64,000 nt of DNA from a virus. A program made the translations under genes and the position numbers. The stretch covers positions 3,060 to 67,059 of the IMG/VR virus record IMGVR_UViG_3300009149_000027; one strand, 5' to 3'. The notes under the pieces are model-generated. The model made no database searches and was not told the DNA's origin. It worked only from the letters and a program-made list of their open reading frames with translations. The stretch's first letter is position 1, and each line of letters begins with the position of its first letter. Positions 35,457 through 45,498 of the stretch are shown here, piece after piece.

Positions 35457-36674
35457 TCACTTCATCAGTTCAGTTTGCAATACGTAATAACCGAGCCGGG
35501 GAACCTGATTGGGGCCGATCAAGTCTGCGTGTGCCCAAGTATTCCTTGTCAATGAATAGGCGACGCAACTCTCCAACCCCGATCTACGACACGACTCTGC
35601 CCACAGGCGAACGTACTCAGCTTGCGCCTGTTCATAGGCTAGTGAATTGCACAGGAATGGATCTGTCCCCCGCCAGCATAAAAACCCCCCCTCAGTCAAC
35701 CAAATAGGCAGGTCCGTTATATTCCGAAGCGCCGCCACCTTGCGATTCAGCATCTCGGTTTCGGTAGGCGGTACAAGTTTCCAGTATTCATAAGCGTGGA
35801 TGCCCACGCCGTTGATGTCATCCTCCATCCACGGCAAGGCGGCACGAATAAAGTCCAGGCTTGCCCCCGTGCAACTTCCCCACTGTCCGGCCACGTCACA
35901 ACCCATAGCCAGCCCGCTTGAAATGATTATGGCATCCGGCTGAATCTTGCGGATCCCTTTGGCCGTCATAGATGCGAACTTACCATAGACGGTTCCGCCC
36001 TGGTCCGCCACAGAAGCGTCACCCCAGCAGCCGAAACCTCGAATATCCGGCGAGATCCCCGCGTCGGCCTCGTTGATAATCTCCCACACCGTTATCCGAT
36101 CCCCGTACCGCTCAACTGTAGCTTTTACGTAGTCCAGCCATGCGTAATAGTACGTAGGCGCAACCGGCGAACACCCCGGCAAAACCTGCGCCCACTGTGG
36201 CGGAAAGTTCAAAATCCCAATAATCCTATTCCCGCCCTCAGCCAGCAGGTTCACGTGTGCATCCTTGCTTGCAGACCAAATATATCCACCCCCCCTGATA
36301 GGCTCGACATCCTTCCACGCGATCCCCGTCCGCACCGTCCCCGGACTCAGCGCCAGGATAGCCGTCCGTGCTGCCAACGCCTGCCCGTCACTGGCCGCTT
36401 CCCAGCCCAACTTGGACGGGGGACGATTGCCAAACATGATGGGGAAAAAGTATTTGTGCACCAGGGCAATGGGCACATTGTCCGTATCGGGTGCAAGCCC
36501 CTGAGACGGTCTTTGCGGGCCTGGGCCTGGGTAGGCGGGTATAGTGTCGGATTGGGTGTAAAACATCATCTCCGTGGGCGTGGGGGCAGGCAGGGGCGAA
36601 GTGAGCGGGGTTGTGTTGCAGGCGGATAGGGCAAGCATGAGAACAAGCAGGATAGCGATCCAGCGGTAACGCAT
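35457..36674 (-). CDS. lipoprotein glycoside hydrolase, clan GH-A (GH39/GH5-like)
   Basis: Lipobox LSAC; WEIINE acid/base; GIHAY; PIWLTEGG nucleophile. Confidence 0.8.
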   Translation of the reverse strand: MRYRWIAILLVLMLALSACNTTPLTSPLPAPTPTEMMFYTQSDTIPAYPGPGPQRPSQGLAPDTDNVPIALVHKYFFPIMFGNRPPSKLGWEAASDGQALAARTAILALSPGTVRTGIAWKDVEPIRGGGYIWSASKDAHVNLLAEGGNRIIGILNFPPQWAQVLPGCSPVAPTYYYAWLDYVKATVERYGDRITVWEIINEADAGISPDIRGFGCWGDASVADQGGTVYGKFASMTAKGIRKIQPDAIIISSGLAMGCDVAGQWGSCTGASLDFIRAALPWMEDDINGVGIHAYEYWKLVPPTETEMLNRKVAALRNITDLPIWLTEGGFLCWRGTDPFLCNSLAYEQAQAEYVRLWAESCRRSGLESCVAYSLTRNTWAHADLIGPNQVPRLGYYVLQTELMK

Positions 36675-36684
36675 GGGGATTCCT

Positions 36685-36978
36685 TTATCTATTCTTGCTC
36701 CACCGGCTTATGTTACCCACGATCATGGGCAGGCCGGACACAAAAAACGCCATGATCGTGGTGTCCCATCGTATCCAGTCCTCTTGACCACAGGTCAGCC
36801 GGGAAACGCCAAAGCCGTCGATCATGTACACAATTAGCAAGGTGTACAGCACGCCGACTACGACGAACAGGCTAACAAATGGATGGTCGGAATTGTAGCG
36901 GTCGAAGGCCTGGATCGCACGGTTGAACACAATCGAGATGACGAGTAGGAGGATCAGGCCGACAGATTGCGAGATCAT
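36685..36978 (-). CDS. three-TM membrane protein (holin candidate)
   Basis: Hydrophobic helices; position after tail fibre genes. Confidence 0.6.
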   Translation of the reverse strand: MISQSVGLILLLVISIVFNRAIQAFDRYNSDHPFVSLFVVVGVLYTLLIVYMIDGFGVSRLTCGQEDWIRWDTTIMAFFVSGLPMIVGNISRWSKNR

Positions 36979-37268
36979 GACAACAGCCCCATTTGTTTTT
37001 TTAGCCGCTCCAAATCTTTCCGAAGTTCAACCGCTTCCTGCCGGGCAATGTCCCGCTCCATGCGTAGGGTGATGGTCCACGTTCTCATTTCGGCTACTTG
37101 CCCCAGGAGAAAGTCGATTTGCTTGTCTTGCTCGTCCACCCGTTGGCGCAATTCCTTCAGATCGGAAACGTCTGCAATCCCCTGCTGATTGTTGAGCGCG
37201 TAGACAATGCCAGCGCCGACAAGCACGGATAGGGTGACCAGGATATATTCGAGGCTGATTTCTGACAT
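36975..37268 (-). CDS. one-TM coiled-coil protein
   Basis: N-terminal TM then heptad-rich helix. Confidence 0.7.
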   Translation of the reverse strand: MSEISLEYILVTLSVLVGAGIVYALNNQQGIADVSDLKELRQRVDEQDKQIDFLLGQVAEMRTWTITLRMERDIARQEAVELRKDLERLKKQMGLLS

Positions 37269-37649
37269 TTATTCATCCCAACTGTTAATCCAGATTGATT
37301 CTACCCCCAGCGCCCACATCACCACCAATCCCCACCAAAAAGCGGTGAACCCACCGGACAGATAAAACGTCCAAGCAATCAAGCCCTGAATCACAAAGCC
37401 TGCCCCCGCTATGCTCCGAGCGTACCACGTGCGCCGATGGTTGACCGTCCGCAAAAGAAGCAGCCCGCAGATGCCTAAGACGGTGGCATAGGCCCACAGC
37501 GGCATGAGTGTGGATTGTATGCGGTAACTTGTAGTATATGTTGCGCCCGTCACAAGTACTTGGATGTATCCAATGGCCTGGGCAATCAGGATCAGCGCCG
37601 CCATGACACGGTGCATGAATCCAGCGGGCCGGTACATGCAGCGCATCAC
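37269..37649 (-). CDS. four-TM membrane protein
   Basis: Hydrophobic helices. Confidence 0.65.
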   Translation of the reverse strand: MMRCMYRPAGFMHRVMAALILIAQAIGYIQVLVTGATYTTSYRIQSTLMPLWAYATVLGICGLLLLRTVNHRRTWYARSIAGAGFVIQGLIAWTFYLSGGFTAFWWGLVVMWALGVESIWINSWDE

Positions 37650-37933
37650 AGCAGATATTTCCAGAACGGTTTCTTGTCAGCCGCCCCAGCCGCACGAGTG
37701 TTCGGATTCGTCTGCTGCTGCTTTGCCGCCTCCGCCACGTAGGACGCCCAAGCCGACACCAGCGCCGTGATAATCATTGCCACGAGTACGCCGATGGCCT
37801 GTAGGCTTTGCAGCGCCTTTGGCATCCATTCCACGAATCCCAGGTGCAGCCAGGCCGAATCAACCCAGCCAATTAGCCAGTACAGGACGGCGAAAGCGCC
37901 TGTCATAGTCAATCCGGGTGTCTTAACTTTCAT
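37646..37933 (-). CDS. two-TM membrane protein (holin candidate)
   Basis: GGAGGT RBS before MKVKT; basic C-terminus. Confidence 0.6.
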   Translation of the reverse strand: MKVKTPGLTMTGAFAVLYWLIGWVDSAWLHLGFVEWMPKALQSLQAIGVLVAMIITALVSAWASYVAEAAKQQQTNPNTRAAGAADKKPFWKYLL

Positions 37934-38092
37934 GGTGATACCTCCGGTGATAGTTGTTCCAGATGCAACTTGGCATTGGGGGATGTAATCCCCGGCCAAA
38001 TTGGCTTATCAGTTTTGATGACAAGAACGTCCCGCTTCTCTTCCACCAGCGCACAGTTCAGGCACTTGTCGCCGTGCCAGTAATCGTCGTCG

Positions 38093-38296
38093 TCAATCCA
38101 GCGGTAACACTTCGGGCATTGTAGCATGGGCCGTCTCCTTTGCTTTGGCAGCTTCCGCCGCCTGCTTCTCCGCTTCAATCTGCGCCCCGCAAGCGTCGAT
38201 GAACGCCTGGGCAATCAGGCGGTCGGCGGTACTCATGGCGGGTAGCATGGGGCGGGATAGTAGTTCGATCACGGCTTGCAAGTGTTCTGCGTTCAT
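38093..38296 (-). CDS. hypothetical protein
   Basis: GGAG RBS, overlap with upstream gene. Confidence 0.55.
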   Translation of the reverse strand: MNAEHLQAVIELLSRPMLPAMSTADRLIAQAFIDACGAQIEAEKQAAEAAKAKETAHATMPEVLPLD

Positions 38297-38577
38297 TTAG
38301 GTACTCCGTCCACAATTTTAACCAGCTTCGCCCAATTGCTTGTGGCGTTCGTGCCCAACGCCGTGTTGACAGCCGCCAACGCTGTAGCTGCTGCCAAGAA
38401 CTCGGCTGCCGTGACATGGGCAAACGAAGAGATGGCGGCAAAGTCTTCATTCGTCAAGGATGCCATATTCTCGTTTGCCCACATTTGCGTGATGACTGTC
38501 AACCGACTTTGAATGACAATCAACTCCCTGGCTACCGACTGAATCTCGGTTGCGACGTTCTGTTGCACGTTCTGCAT
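38293..38577 (-). CDS. hypothetical protein
   Basis: AGGAG RBS. Confidence 0.7.
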   Translation of the reverse strand: MQNVQQNVATEIQSVARELIVIQSRLTVITQMWANENMASLTNEDFAAISSFAHVTAAEFLAAATALAAVNTALGTNATSNWAKLVKIVDGVPK

Positions 38578-38594
38578 GACGATCTCCTATGTTG

Positions 38595-39923
38595 TTATGC
38601 TACGGCGTGAAAGCCAAAAGTCTCTAGCGTTACCAGAATTGAATTGATTGCCGTGCGCGCCTCTGCGTCTGTGGTTGCGCCGCCCGTGGGGTCAGCTACG
38701 TGTGCGATTCTAGCGGCTGCGGTCGCACCCAGGAAACCAATCCGTGCCGCCGCTCCGTCTGCATCTATGCGAATGCCCTCCCTCGCTGCTGTGTCGTACA
38801 CCTTGAACGCCAGCCGTGATGTGCGGGTGGCATGGGTCGGCACGACCCAGGACGTTTCAATCGCCGCCTGTGTCGTGCCGACCGTGGTGCTGCTCTCTGC
38901 GTTTAGCAGGATGCCCACGCCCAGTCCCGCCGCCCCTACGCCAGCGCCGGTGACGTTAGCGCCCAGGGTGAGGATGTTGCGGATGGCGTTTGTGGCGGCA
39001 GTGGTGCTTACGCCGTGGATTGGAGTCTGTGCTGTCGTCGTCCCGAAACCAACAAATCCGTCTTGTTGAAACGTCACCCTTGGCAACCCAGCGACTTGAT
39101 CATAAATGGACAGATCGCTACTCACCCCCACCGTTGCGCCCAACAATCCCCACCGCCACGACAAAACCGCTCCCGTGTAGAAAAGCATTTGAGCGTCGGT
39201 ATTGGTTGCCGCCCGCCCAAAGTAGATCCCGGCATGTGAGTCAATCGAATTAACTCCAAGTCCAATGGTTCCAGTTCCCGTTACCTCTAGCTTGCGGGTG
39301 GTGGAAGCCGCCCCAATAGCGACATTACCATTATTCAGAACGGTCATCGCCTCAGTTGCACCGTTATTCCCCACCAGGAATATATGCCTCGCCCCCGTCG
39401 CCCCCACGCCGCTTGTCGTCTGGTAGGTGAGCGTCTGCGTGGTGGACGTGCCGCCGAGAATCTTGGGCGTGGTTATCTGCGTCGTGAACGTGGGGGAAGT
39501 CCCGAACACAGGAACCCCCGTCCCCGTCTTCGTGGTCAGCGCCGCCAGCAGGTTGGCCCCGGACGGTGTAGCCAGAAACGCCGCCACATTCGCACCCAGG
39601 CCGGAGACGCCGGTGGCGATGGGTAGGCCGGTGGCGTTGGTCAGCGTGGCGGAGGCGGGCGTGCCCAGGGCGGGCGTCGTCAGCGTGGGAGCCGTCAGCG
39701 TTTTGTTGGTCAGCGTCTGGATGCCGGTCAACGTAACAAGGCCGCTTGTGTCGGGTATCGTCACCGTGCCACCGCCCGCAGGCAACGCCAGAATATGCGT
39801 GGACCCGCTATCGCCGTCCACCAGGCGCACTTGGTCGTTAGCCAGGGGCAGACTCAGCGCACCGTAGCCAGCGCCTGGGGCGTCGGGTGTATCAGATTGG
39901 AGCACCTTGATTGTGCCACTCAT
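38595..39923 (-). CDS. tail fibre-like protein
   Basis: QTLTNKTLTAPT, GNVAIG, G.VGFGTT repeats; Thr/Gly/Ala rich. Confidence 0.75.
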   Translation of the reverse strand: MSGTIKVLQSDTPDAPGAGYGALSLPLANDQVRLVDGDSGSTHILALPAGGGTVTIPDTSGLVTLTGIQTLTNKTLTAPTLTTPALGTPASATLTNATGLPIATGVSGLGANVAAFLATPSGANLLAALTTKTGTGVPVFGTSPTFTTQITTPKILGGTSTTQTLTYQTTSGVGATGARHIFLVGNNGATEAMTVLNNGNVAIGAASTTRKLEVTGTGTIGLGVNSIDSHAGIYFGRAATNTDAQMLFYTGAVLSWRWGLLGATVGVSSDLSIYDQVAGLPRVTFQQDGFVGFGTTTAQTPIHGVSTTAATNAIRNILTLGANVTGAGVGAAGLGVGILLNAESSTTVGTTQAAIETSWVVPTHATRTSRLAFKVYDTAAREGIRIDADGAAARIGFLGATAAARIAHVADPTGGATTDAEARTAINSILVTLETFGFHAVA

Positions 39924-40486
39924 AGAATCACTACCTTCCCATCAATCGTGATTGTGCCGTCTACTGTATAGGGTCCGTCAATTAGTATCTGCCAGCCCGC
40001 CGGAACAGTCAGGGCGTCCCCGGTGTCTACACTCGACTTCTCCATCATGGAACGGGTGTCCAGGCGCAATAGTGCCGCACGCACTGTGGCTGTGACGCCA
40101 TCCAGGACGAAGGCCATTGATGCGGCAGTAAAGAGTGCGCCGCCGCTGTTTGCCGTTCCATCATGCACATGGTCGGCCAGGGCGGTCGTTGTCGATGTAG
40201 ACGACCCACCGCTCCCCGCTATTGTACCATATCCAGAGACCGGCGCGTACACTGCCGCCGCTTTTCTGCCCACATTCGTGACAGGGATACTATCCCCTGT
40301 GTTGACGGCGATGCCCGTCTCGTTGCGAAAAGTGTACTGCTGTCCTTGAACTTGGATGCGATTGCGCCCAAGGTAGACGCCTGTAATCTTCTCCGGTTTG
40401 CGGGCAAAGGCGTTGACCAACTGCCCGCCTAGTGAAGCCGTTGACTGTCTACTCTTCGTGTCCCAGAACAGTGCGGTTGATGTCAT
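39920..40486 (-). CDS. minor tail protein
   Basis: ADHVH motif; position in tail block. Confidence 0.65.
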   Translation of the reverse strand: MTSTALFWDTKSRQSTASLGGQLVNAFARKPEKITGVYLGRNRIQVQGQQYTFRNETGIAVNTGDSIPVTNVGRKAAAVYAPVSGYGTIAGSGGSSTSTTTALADHVHDGTANSGGALFTAASMAFVLDGVTATVRAALLRLDTRSMMEKSSVDTGDALTVPAGWQILIDGPYTVDGTITIDGKVVIL

Positions 40487-42171
40487 CTGGCATCGTTCCT
40501 TGTGACCTGCACACCGACCACCACGGATGCCCAGGAGAAGTCACTGAACTCAACGTTCAATTTGCCCAGCATGTAGTCACGAATCTCCGTGCGTCCGCTG
40601 TAGTCCCAGGTCAGGGTATAGATTTCGCCAGTGGCCAGGCTTGTGCCCACGAACGCAAGTTCCATCGTCACATCGTAGGGCCGCCGCAACTGCCAGAACC
40701 GCTTGAGTGCCCCTGCCGTGGCCGCTGTGGTGTCCGCATAGATGTATGGTCCAATCCTACTGGTTTCCCCTGTAGCGAGGCGTGGGGAGGGTTGTGCGAC
40801 AATCTCCGTAGCCTTCTCCGCCAGGCTTCGCCACTCCACTTCCAACTCCCCAACGTTCAGCCCCGTAGACCGGTTAAGGGACACGCCACGAACCTGATTC
40901 CGTCCCCATGCGCCGTCAGCCGCTGGTGTCCCTGCCCAGAACGGGTCAAGGCTCACATACAGCTTGCTATCCCACCCCCCACGAATCCGGGTGCGAGTGT
41001 AGGAGGCGAGGTCGGACAGAATGGGCCACATAGACCCGCCTGCCGTGGTGTATTCGGACGGGCTGATGGTATCTGCCGCATCTACGATGGCCCCGGATGG
41101 CAATTCGGCCTGGGAGATAATGGCGTCAATCACCTCTGCCACTGTGCCCGACTCGATATTGGTTGTGCTGTTCAGCACGTCACCAGATACCAGGATGTCC
41201 ACTTCGTTGACCCGCATTCTACTAACTGGGTCTGACATGACGGTGAACTCTACCAACAACCAGCGAATTCGTGGGTTGGTAGCGGATAGGTCTAGGGCAT
41301 AGGTGGTCAAGGCATTGCCCGTTACGGTTGCCAGCACATCGTAGTCCAGCAGGTAGTTGGTATCGTCGGGTGTGCGGGCCAAGGTTAGCACGGACCCGTA
41401 GACGATAAAATCTTTTGGTACTGGATAGGTGGTGGGGCGTTTGATATTGATGGTCTTGACCGGGAACGCATCCGTGGCAACCAGGGCAGGATTGACGAAG
41501 TACACTTTGTCCCCAAGGCTATGGGCTGCGGCAACTGTACCATTCGCTCCACGGGCTAGAATCGTCACAGTCCCAAGCGCAAAGCTGCGGGCACTGTAGG
41601 TCATCTGCTCATCGCCAATCTGGATTGTGCCCGTTGCGGGTAGCCCCTCTGCGCTCACGCCAGCCGGGTTCTCCATTTCCAGCGCAGCGCCCGTCCCGGG
41701 GACCGTGTTCGTTATGTCTCCTACCAGCGTCAGGCCAATCTCCGGCAAGTCAAACATGAGCCAGGACTTTGCCGTGTTGAGAATCACATATCCCGGTGTG
41801 GCAACTCTCCCCACCTTCCAGAAGTTAGCCGTCACCGTGGGGGTAACAGGATTGTGGTCCATGCGGGCAGTTTCAGCCGTGCCGAAGGCAGCCAAGGCGC
41901 TACCCGTCCACGTAGGTGCCCACACGGTCATGGGTTCGCCAGTTCCCCAAACTACCTGACTTTGCCCCTGCCCTGTCGTCCCCATGTAGAGGCGCAGAAT
42001 GCCCCCAGCCGAGGATAGGTAGTCAAAGATAGCCTCACCCGTACTCCCCGTAGTATAGGGGAAAACGGGAGCGCTTGTCTCAGTGACAGTCAACGTTCCA
42101 CCCGTTAGGCTTGCTCCACTTCCGCTCATGCCAGGGCCGAACTCTTGCCCCAGGGCGTTGATGAAAGTCAC
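40483..42171 (-). CDS. tail protein (distal part, see frameshift finding)
   Basis: GTIQIGDEQMTY..RGANGTVAAAH motif. Confidence 0.75.
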   Translation of the reverse strand: MTFINALGQEFGPGMSGSGASLTGGTLTVTETSAPVFPYTTGSTGEAIFDYLSSAGGILRLYMGTTGQGQSQVVWGTGEPMTVWAPTWTGSALAAFGTAETARMDHNPVTPTVTANFWKVGRVATPGYVILNTAKSWLMFDLPEIGLTLVGDITNTVPGTGAALEMENPAGVSAEGLPATGTIQIGDEQMTYSARSFALGTVTILARGANGTVAAAHSLGDKVYFVNPALVATDAFPVKTINIKRPTTYPVPKDFIVYGSVLTLARTPDDTNYLLDYDVLATVTGNALTTYALDLSATNPRIRWLLVEFTVMSDPVSRMRVNEVDILVSGDVLNSTTNIESGTVAEVIDAIISQAELPSGAIVDAADTISPSEYTTAGGSMWPILSDLASYTRTRIRGGWDSKLYVSLDPFWAGTPAADGAWGRNQVRGVSLNRSTGLNVGELEVEWRSLAEKATEIVAQPSPRLATGETSRIGPYIYADTTAATAGALKRFWQLRRPYDVTMELAFVGTSLATGEIYTLTWDYSGRTEIRDYMLGKLNVEFSDFSWASVVVGVQVTRNDAR

Positions 42172-43835
42172 ACAAGATTCTGCGCTGTTCCTGTCACCCT
42201 TGTATCATCCACGCCTACGCTGGACAGAGCAACCAGGGCCGCTTGCACCGTGGTCGCTGTTGCATTGTAGGCGATTGCGCTGGTTGTCTGCCCATCCACG
42301 GTCAGGGTAAAGGTGCCGCCCGTGGCGTCGTTGGAAACGCTATACTTCTGGTTGCCCATATTGTAGAGTTCCCAATCGGCAAGGTCCAGTACCGCCGCCG
42401 CCTGGTTCTCCGGGTTCTCTTCGTTGAACAGGTCAGGGTTCTCTGCCAGGATGATGATGTCGCCGGAACTATAGTCTAGCGACCCACCAGGATAGGGATT
42501 CTCGAAGCGTACCATGTAATCCCATCCGGCAATCAGCCAATCGCTGGCGTCAAAATCCTGGAAGAAACTTACCTCCACCCAGCGATAGCCATCCCCCTGC
42601 CCCGTATATTTGGTGATATGAAGTTGCGTAATCCCGTGACTGGACGTGATGCCATCTATGGCACTGGCCGCTGGTGCCGGGAGCGGGTTGTGTTCGCCGT
42701 AGTAGCGCCCGCTCACCCAGCCCGTGTCCAGTGAACCGTCTACGATTGTGGCCGCTGTCACATTCTCAGATGTTGCGGTGATTTCCCCGTTGCCATTGCC
42801 AATCGCTTTGTAGACCGGTTCAAGGGTAGACGAAGCCGTGATGTTGGCCTCTTCCGCAATGTCTCGTGGGCCTACGTGTACACCGGTGATATTTGTGTTC
42901 GCCAGCATCCCCGCAAGGGAAGATACCGTGGCGGTCCATTCCCTGGTCTTCCCCTCATCGTCCTTGGCATTTACGGCCGTCAGCCAGCCGATGGCGAAAT
43001 TGGTCCAATCCCCCCACGCGTTGGCTACGATGCTCCGTGCCTGCACAATTACAAGGTGTCCAGACCTCAGAACGCCAATGGGTGCGTTCACCCCGGCAAA
43101 GTCTACCTCCCATGAGGACGTGGACAGGTTGCCGTCCATGCTATCCCGCAGGGTGAACTTGCCAGTCTCCATTGTGACAGGAAACCAATAGTGGGCGGCG
43201 GCCCCAGCGGTATGCACGCCTGTGTACTCTGTGTCCACCGTGTCCCGTGTACAGCCTGTTAACGTGCTGCCCGTGCGCCCGGTGTAGGTAGCATAACCCC
43301 ACGCCTCGCCAGTGGCGTTCGGCCCCAGCCACACGCCGCCTGAAGTGGGCCAGGTGGTGGCCGCCGTCAGCACAATGGACGTAGCGCCAAAGGCCACGGT
43401 CGTCGCCACGGTGGTTGCAGCGGCGGGCGTGTAGGCGGTGAGGGTTAGCGCCGTCCAGTCCCAGAAGTCGGTATCAGTCGTCTTGCGCCAGGGCGGGCCG
43501 ACAAAGAAGCGGGCCTGACTGTATCCAGCCTTGCCAGACAGTTGCAGATTGGAAGTCAACGCAGATGGCGGAGACAAGTTTCCTCCCTTGCGCCCGCCAC
43601 TCGCAGAGCGTGTGGAAGTGTGAGATTGGCCACGACTGGCAGAGGAAGTGACGTTGCCCCGTCCTCCTGCCAAGACGGGTACTTGGATGATGGAAGCGTA
43701 AGCAAAACCAGCCGATATCTTGCTAGTTGCAGTTGCTTTTATCGAGGCAAGAGTAACCCCAGCCGACACCTTGCTATCAGCTGTAGCAACAATAGAACTA
43801 TATACACTTCCTGCACTGATTTTGCTGTCGGCCAC
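42168..43835 (-). CDS. tail protein (proximal part)
   Basis: YTG.TGSTLTGCTR motif; ends within an ATGGTFTLT domain. Confidence 0.75.
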   Translation of the reverse strand: MADSKISAGSVYSSIVATADSKVSAGVTLASIKATATSKISAGFAYASIIQVPVLAGGRGNVTSSASRGQSHTSTRSASGGRKGGNLSPPSALTSNLQLSGKAGYSQARFFVGPPWRKTTDTDFWDWTALTLTAYTPAAATTVATTVAFGATSIVLTAATTWPTSGGVWLGPNATGEAWGYATYTGRTGSTLTGCTRDTVDTEYTGVHTAGAAAHYWFPVTMETGKFTLRDSMDGNLSTSSWEVDFAGVNAPIGVLRSGHLVIVQARSIVANAWGDWTNFAIGWLTAVNAKDDEGKTREWTATVSSLAGMLANTNITGVHVGPRDIAEEANITASSTLEPVYKAIGNGNGEITATSENVTAATIVDGSLDTGWVSGRYYGEHNPLPAPAASAIDGITSSHGITQLHITKYTGQGDGYRWVEVSFFQDFDASDWLIAGWDYMVRFENPYPGGSLDYSSGDIIILAENPDLFNEENPENQAAAVLDLADWELYNMGNQKYSVSNDATGGTFTLTVDGQTTSAIAYNATATTVQAALVALSSVGVDDTRVTGTAQNLV

Positions 43836-44948
43836 TTATGTCACTCGCTTCCATCCGAGTTCAAGAGCGTCAAGTTCTGCCGTGGACCAAGCGGCGCTGG
43901 TATCAGGGCTTAGAGTTAGAACATCCGTGCGCCAAGCGTATGAGGTTGATGGGACAAAGGATGTCTGGTCATAATCCGTACTATTGACCCGCACGAAATG
44001 GGCCATGTTATCAGCGCCCGCAGCGGAGTTTGCGACATTGGAGACAAGCATCACTGCCCCCACGGTTCCTGTAACGGCCGTGTTGGTCAAGTTGACGCTG
44101 GTGCGCTGTCCTGTAGTGGATGACGAAAGCATCGTTATGTCGCCGTCGGGCAGACTCCCATAACTGGCCACGTCGTCTACTTCGGTGTAATCCACCGCAC
44201 CACCCGTGCTGGTCATGGCCGTGTACGTGCCATCTGCGTTGGGCGTAAACATATGCACGCCTGCGCCGTTGGGCCACGAATTGGATACCGTGCCGGTGGT
44301 GTCGTTGACAATTACGTCGTCAAAATAGAAGTCTGCTTCTCCTCCTGGACCGCCGCCGTCGCCGTTGTGGGCAACACCCATTTGGAATGCTTGTATATTG
44401 TCGCCGCTAACATTTGTATCTATTCCCGTCAGGTTAATATCGACGGCTCCATTTACTCTAGTTGTTATCACGCCAGCCGAATCATGTATCACCACTCGCA
44501 ATTCGACGCAGTACATCTGGTCTGCCCCAATAGCAACGCTGCCAGTGCCAAGAAGCGTTCCTGTGTGCGCGCTCCCTCGGTAGACTCTGATTAGATTGGT
44601 TGGGCCGTCAAGAGTAAGCGTTATCTGCTTAGAGGTATCACTGGAAAGAAGAACTAGGAAGGCAACACCAATTCCACCATGTCCTTCAACTAGCGGAGTA
44701 CCTGAATCCCAAAGCAGGGGAACCTGAAAAAACAGTTCAGTATATGTTGATGGCAGTGTTTCAGATAGGTAACGCTCATAGGCTTCAGTAGTGCTTCGGA
44801 TTCGCACGGCACCGCCGCCAGTCCTGGCGTTAGCGGCCACATAGGTGAGTTCGCCCTGCGTGGCACCGCCCTCGGTAAACGAGGTCCACAATCCAGGATC
44901 GTTTTCCGCAAATTGAATTTCAAAGCTGTCCTGCCAAATAGTTGCCAT
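43836..44948 (-). CDS. virion protein with beta-sandwich (lectin-like) domain
   Basis: DSFE start, YCVELR, YFDDV.VND, W...ELDALELG. Confidence 0.7.
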   Translation of the reverse strand: MATIWQDSFEIQFAENDPGLWTSFTEGGATQGELTYVAANARTGGGAVRIRSTTEAYERYLSETLPSTYTELFFQVPLLWDSGTPLVEGHGGIGVAFLVLLSSDTSKQITLTLDGPTNLIRVYRGSAHTGTLLGTGSVAIGADQMYCVELRVVIHDSAGVITTRVNGAVDINLTGIDTNVSGDNIQAFQMGVAHNGDGGGPGGEADFYFDDVIVNDTTGTVSNSWPNGAGVHMFTPNADGTYTAMTSTGGAVDYTEVDDVASYGSLPDGDITMLSSSTTGQRTSVNLTNTAVTGTVGAVMLVSNVANSAAGADNMAHFVRVNSTDYDQTSFVPSTSYAWRTDVLTLSPDTSAAWSTAELDALELGWKRVT

Positions 44949-44957
44949 GTGTGTCTC

Positions 44958-45326
44958 CTAACTTAGTACCAGGGGCAGCAAATGCCCAATTTCAATTTGC
45001 ACGTCCCAGTAAAACGAACCACGGTAGCTTGCGTAACTGGGTAGATAGAGGATACCGGACGTGGCGTTGTAGGTATCCTTCTTGTGATCCCACAACTCCG
45101 CCGCCGTCAGTGTCAGGGACGACGCCCCAGCCAGCATGGTGGTTAAGAGCCAGTCCATTTCAGTCTGGGTGCAGTGGGACCACTTCCAGATTACGCTTTG
45201 CGGGCCAGCCAACACGGTAGCGCCCGTGCCGGAAACCGTGCCGATGGATTGGGTTTGGAAACGGTATACGCCTCGTCCGCTGAGTGAGGCAAGGACGGGT
45301 ATGGTGTTGAGTGACGGGACGGCCAA
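44958..45326 (-). CDS. putative distal tail protein
   Basis: First minus-strand gene after tape measure; size. Confidence 0.55.
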   Translation of the reverse strand: MAVPSLNTIPVLASLSGRGVYRFQTQSIGTVSGTGATVLAGPQSVIWKWSHCTQTEMDWLLTTMLAGASSLTLTAAELWDHKKDTYNATSGILYLPSYASYRGSFYWDVQIEIGHLLPLVLS

Positions 45327-45498
45327 AATATACCTCTTTTCCTACTAGCATTTTAACCAAAACTGTGATAAACTTACGTCATCTAGGGTGCATAATCGTT
45401 GACTTTTGGTGTCAAATAATATAGTATTACCAAGCCTTCTGTTGGCGATAGCACCCTAGATAAGTGCCAATCGTCATTTCTAACAGGAGGCTTTTTTT

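Noticed and set aside
38595-44948. Diversity-generating retroelement acting on tail genes
   Set aside because: No reverse transcriptase and no adenine-specific TR/VR repeat pair was seen
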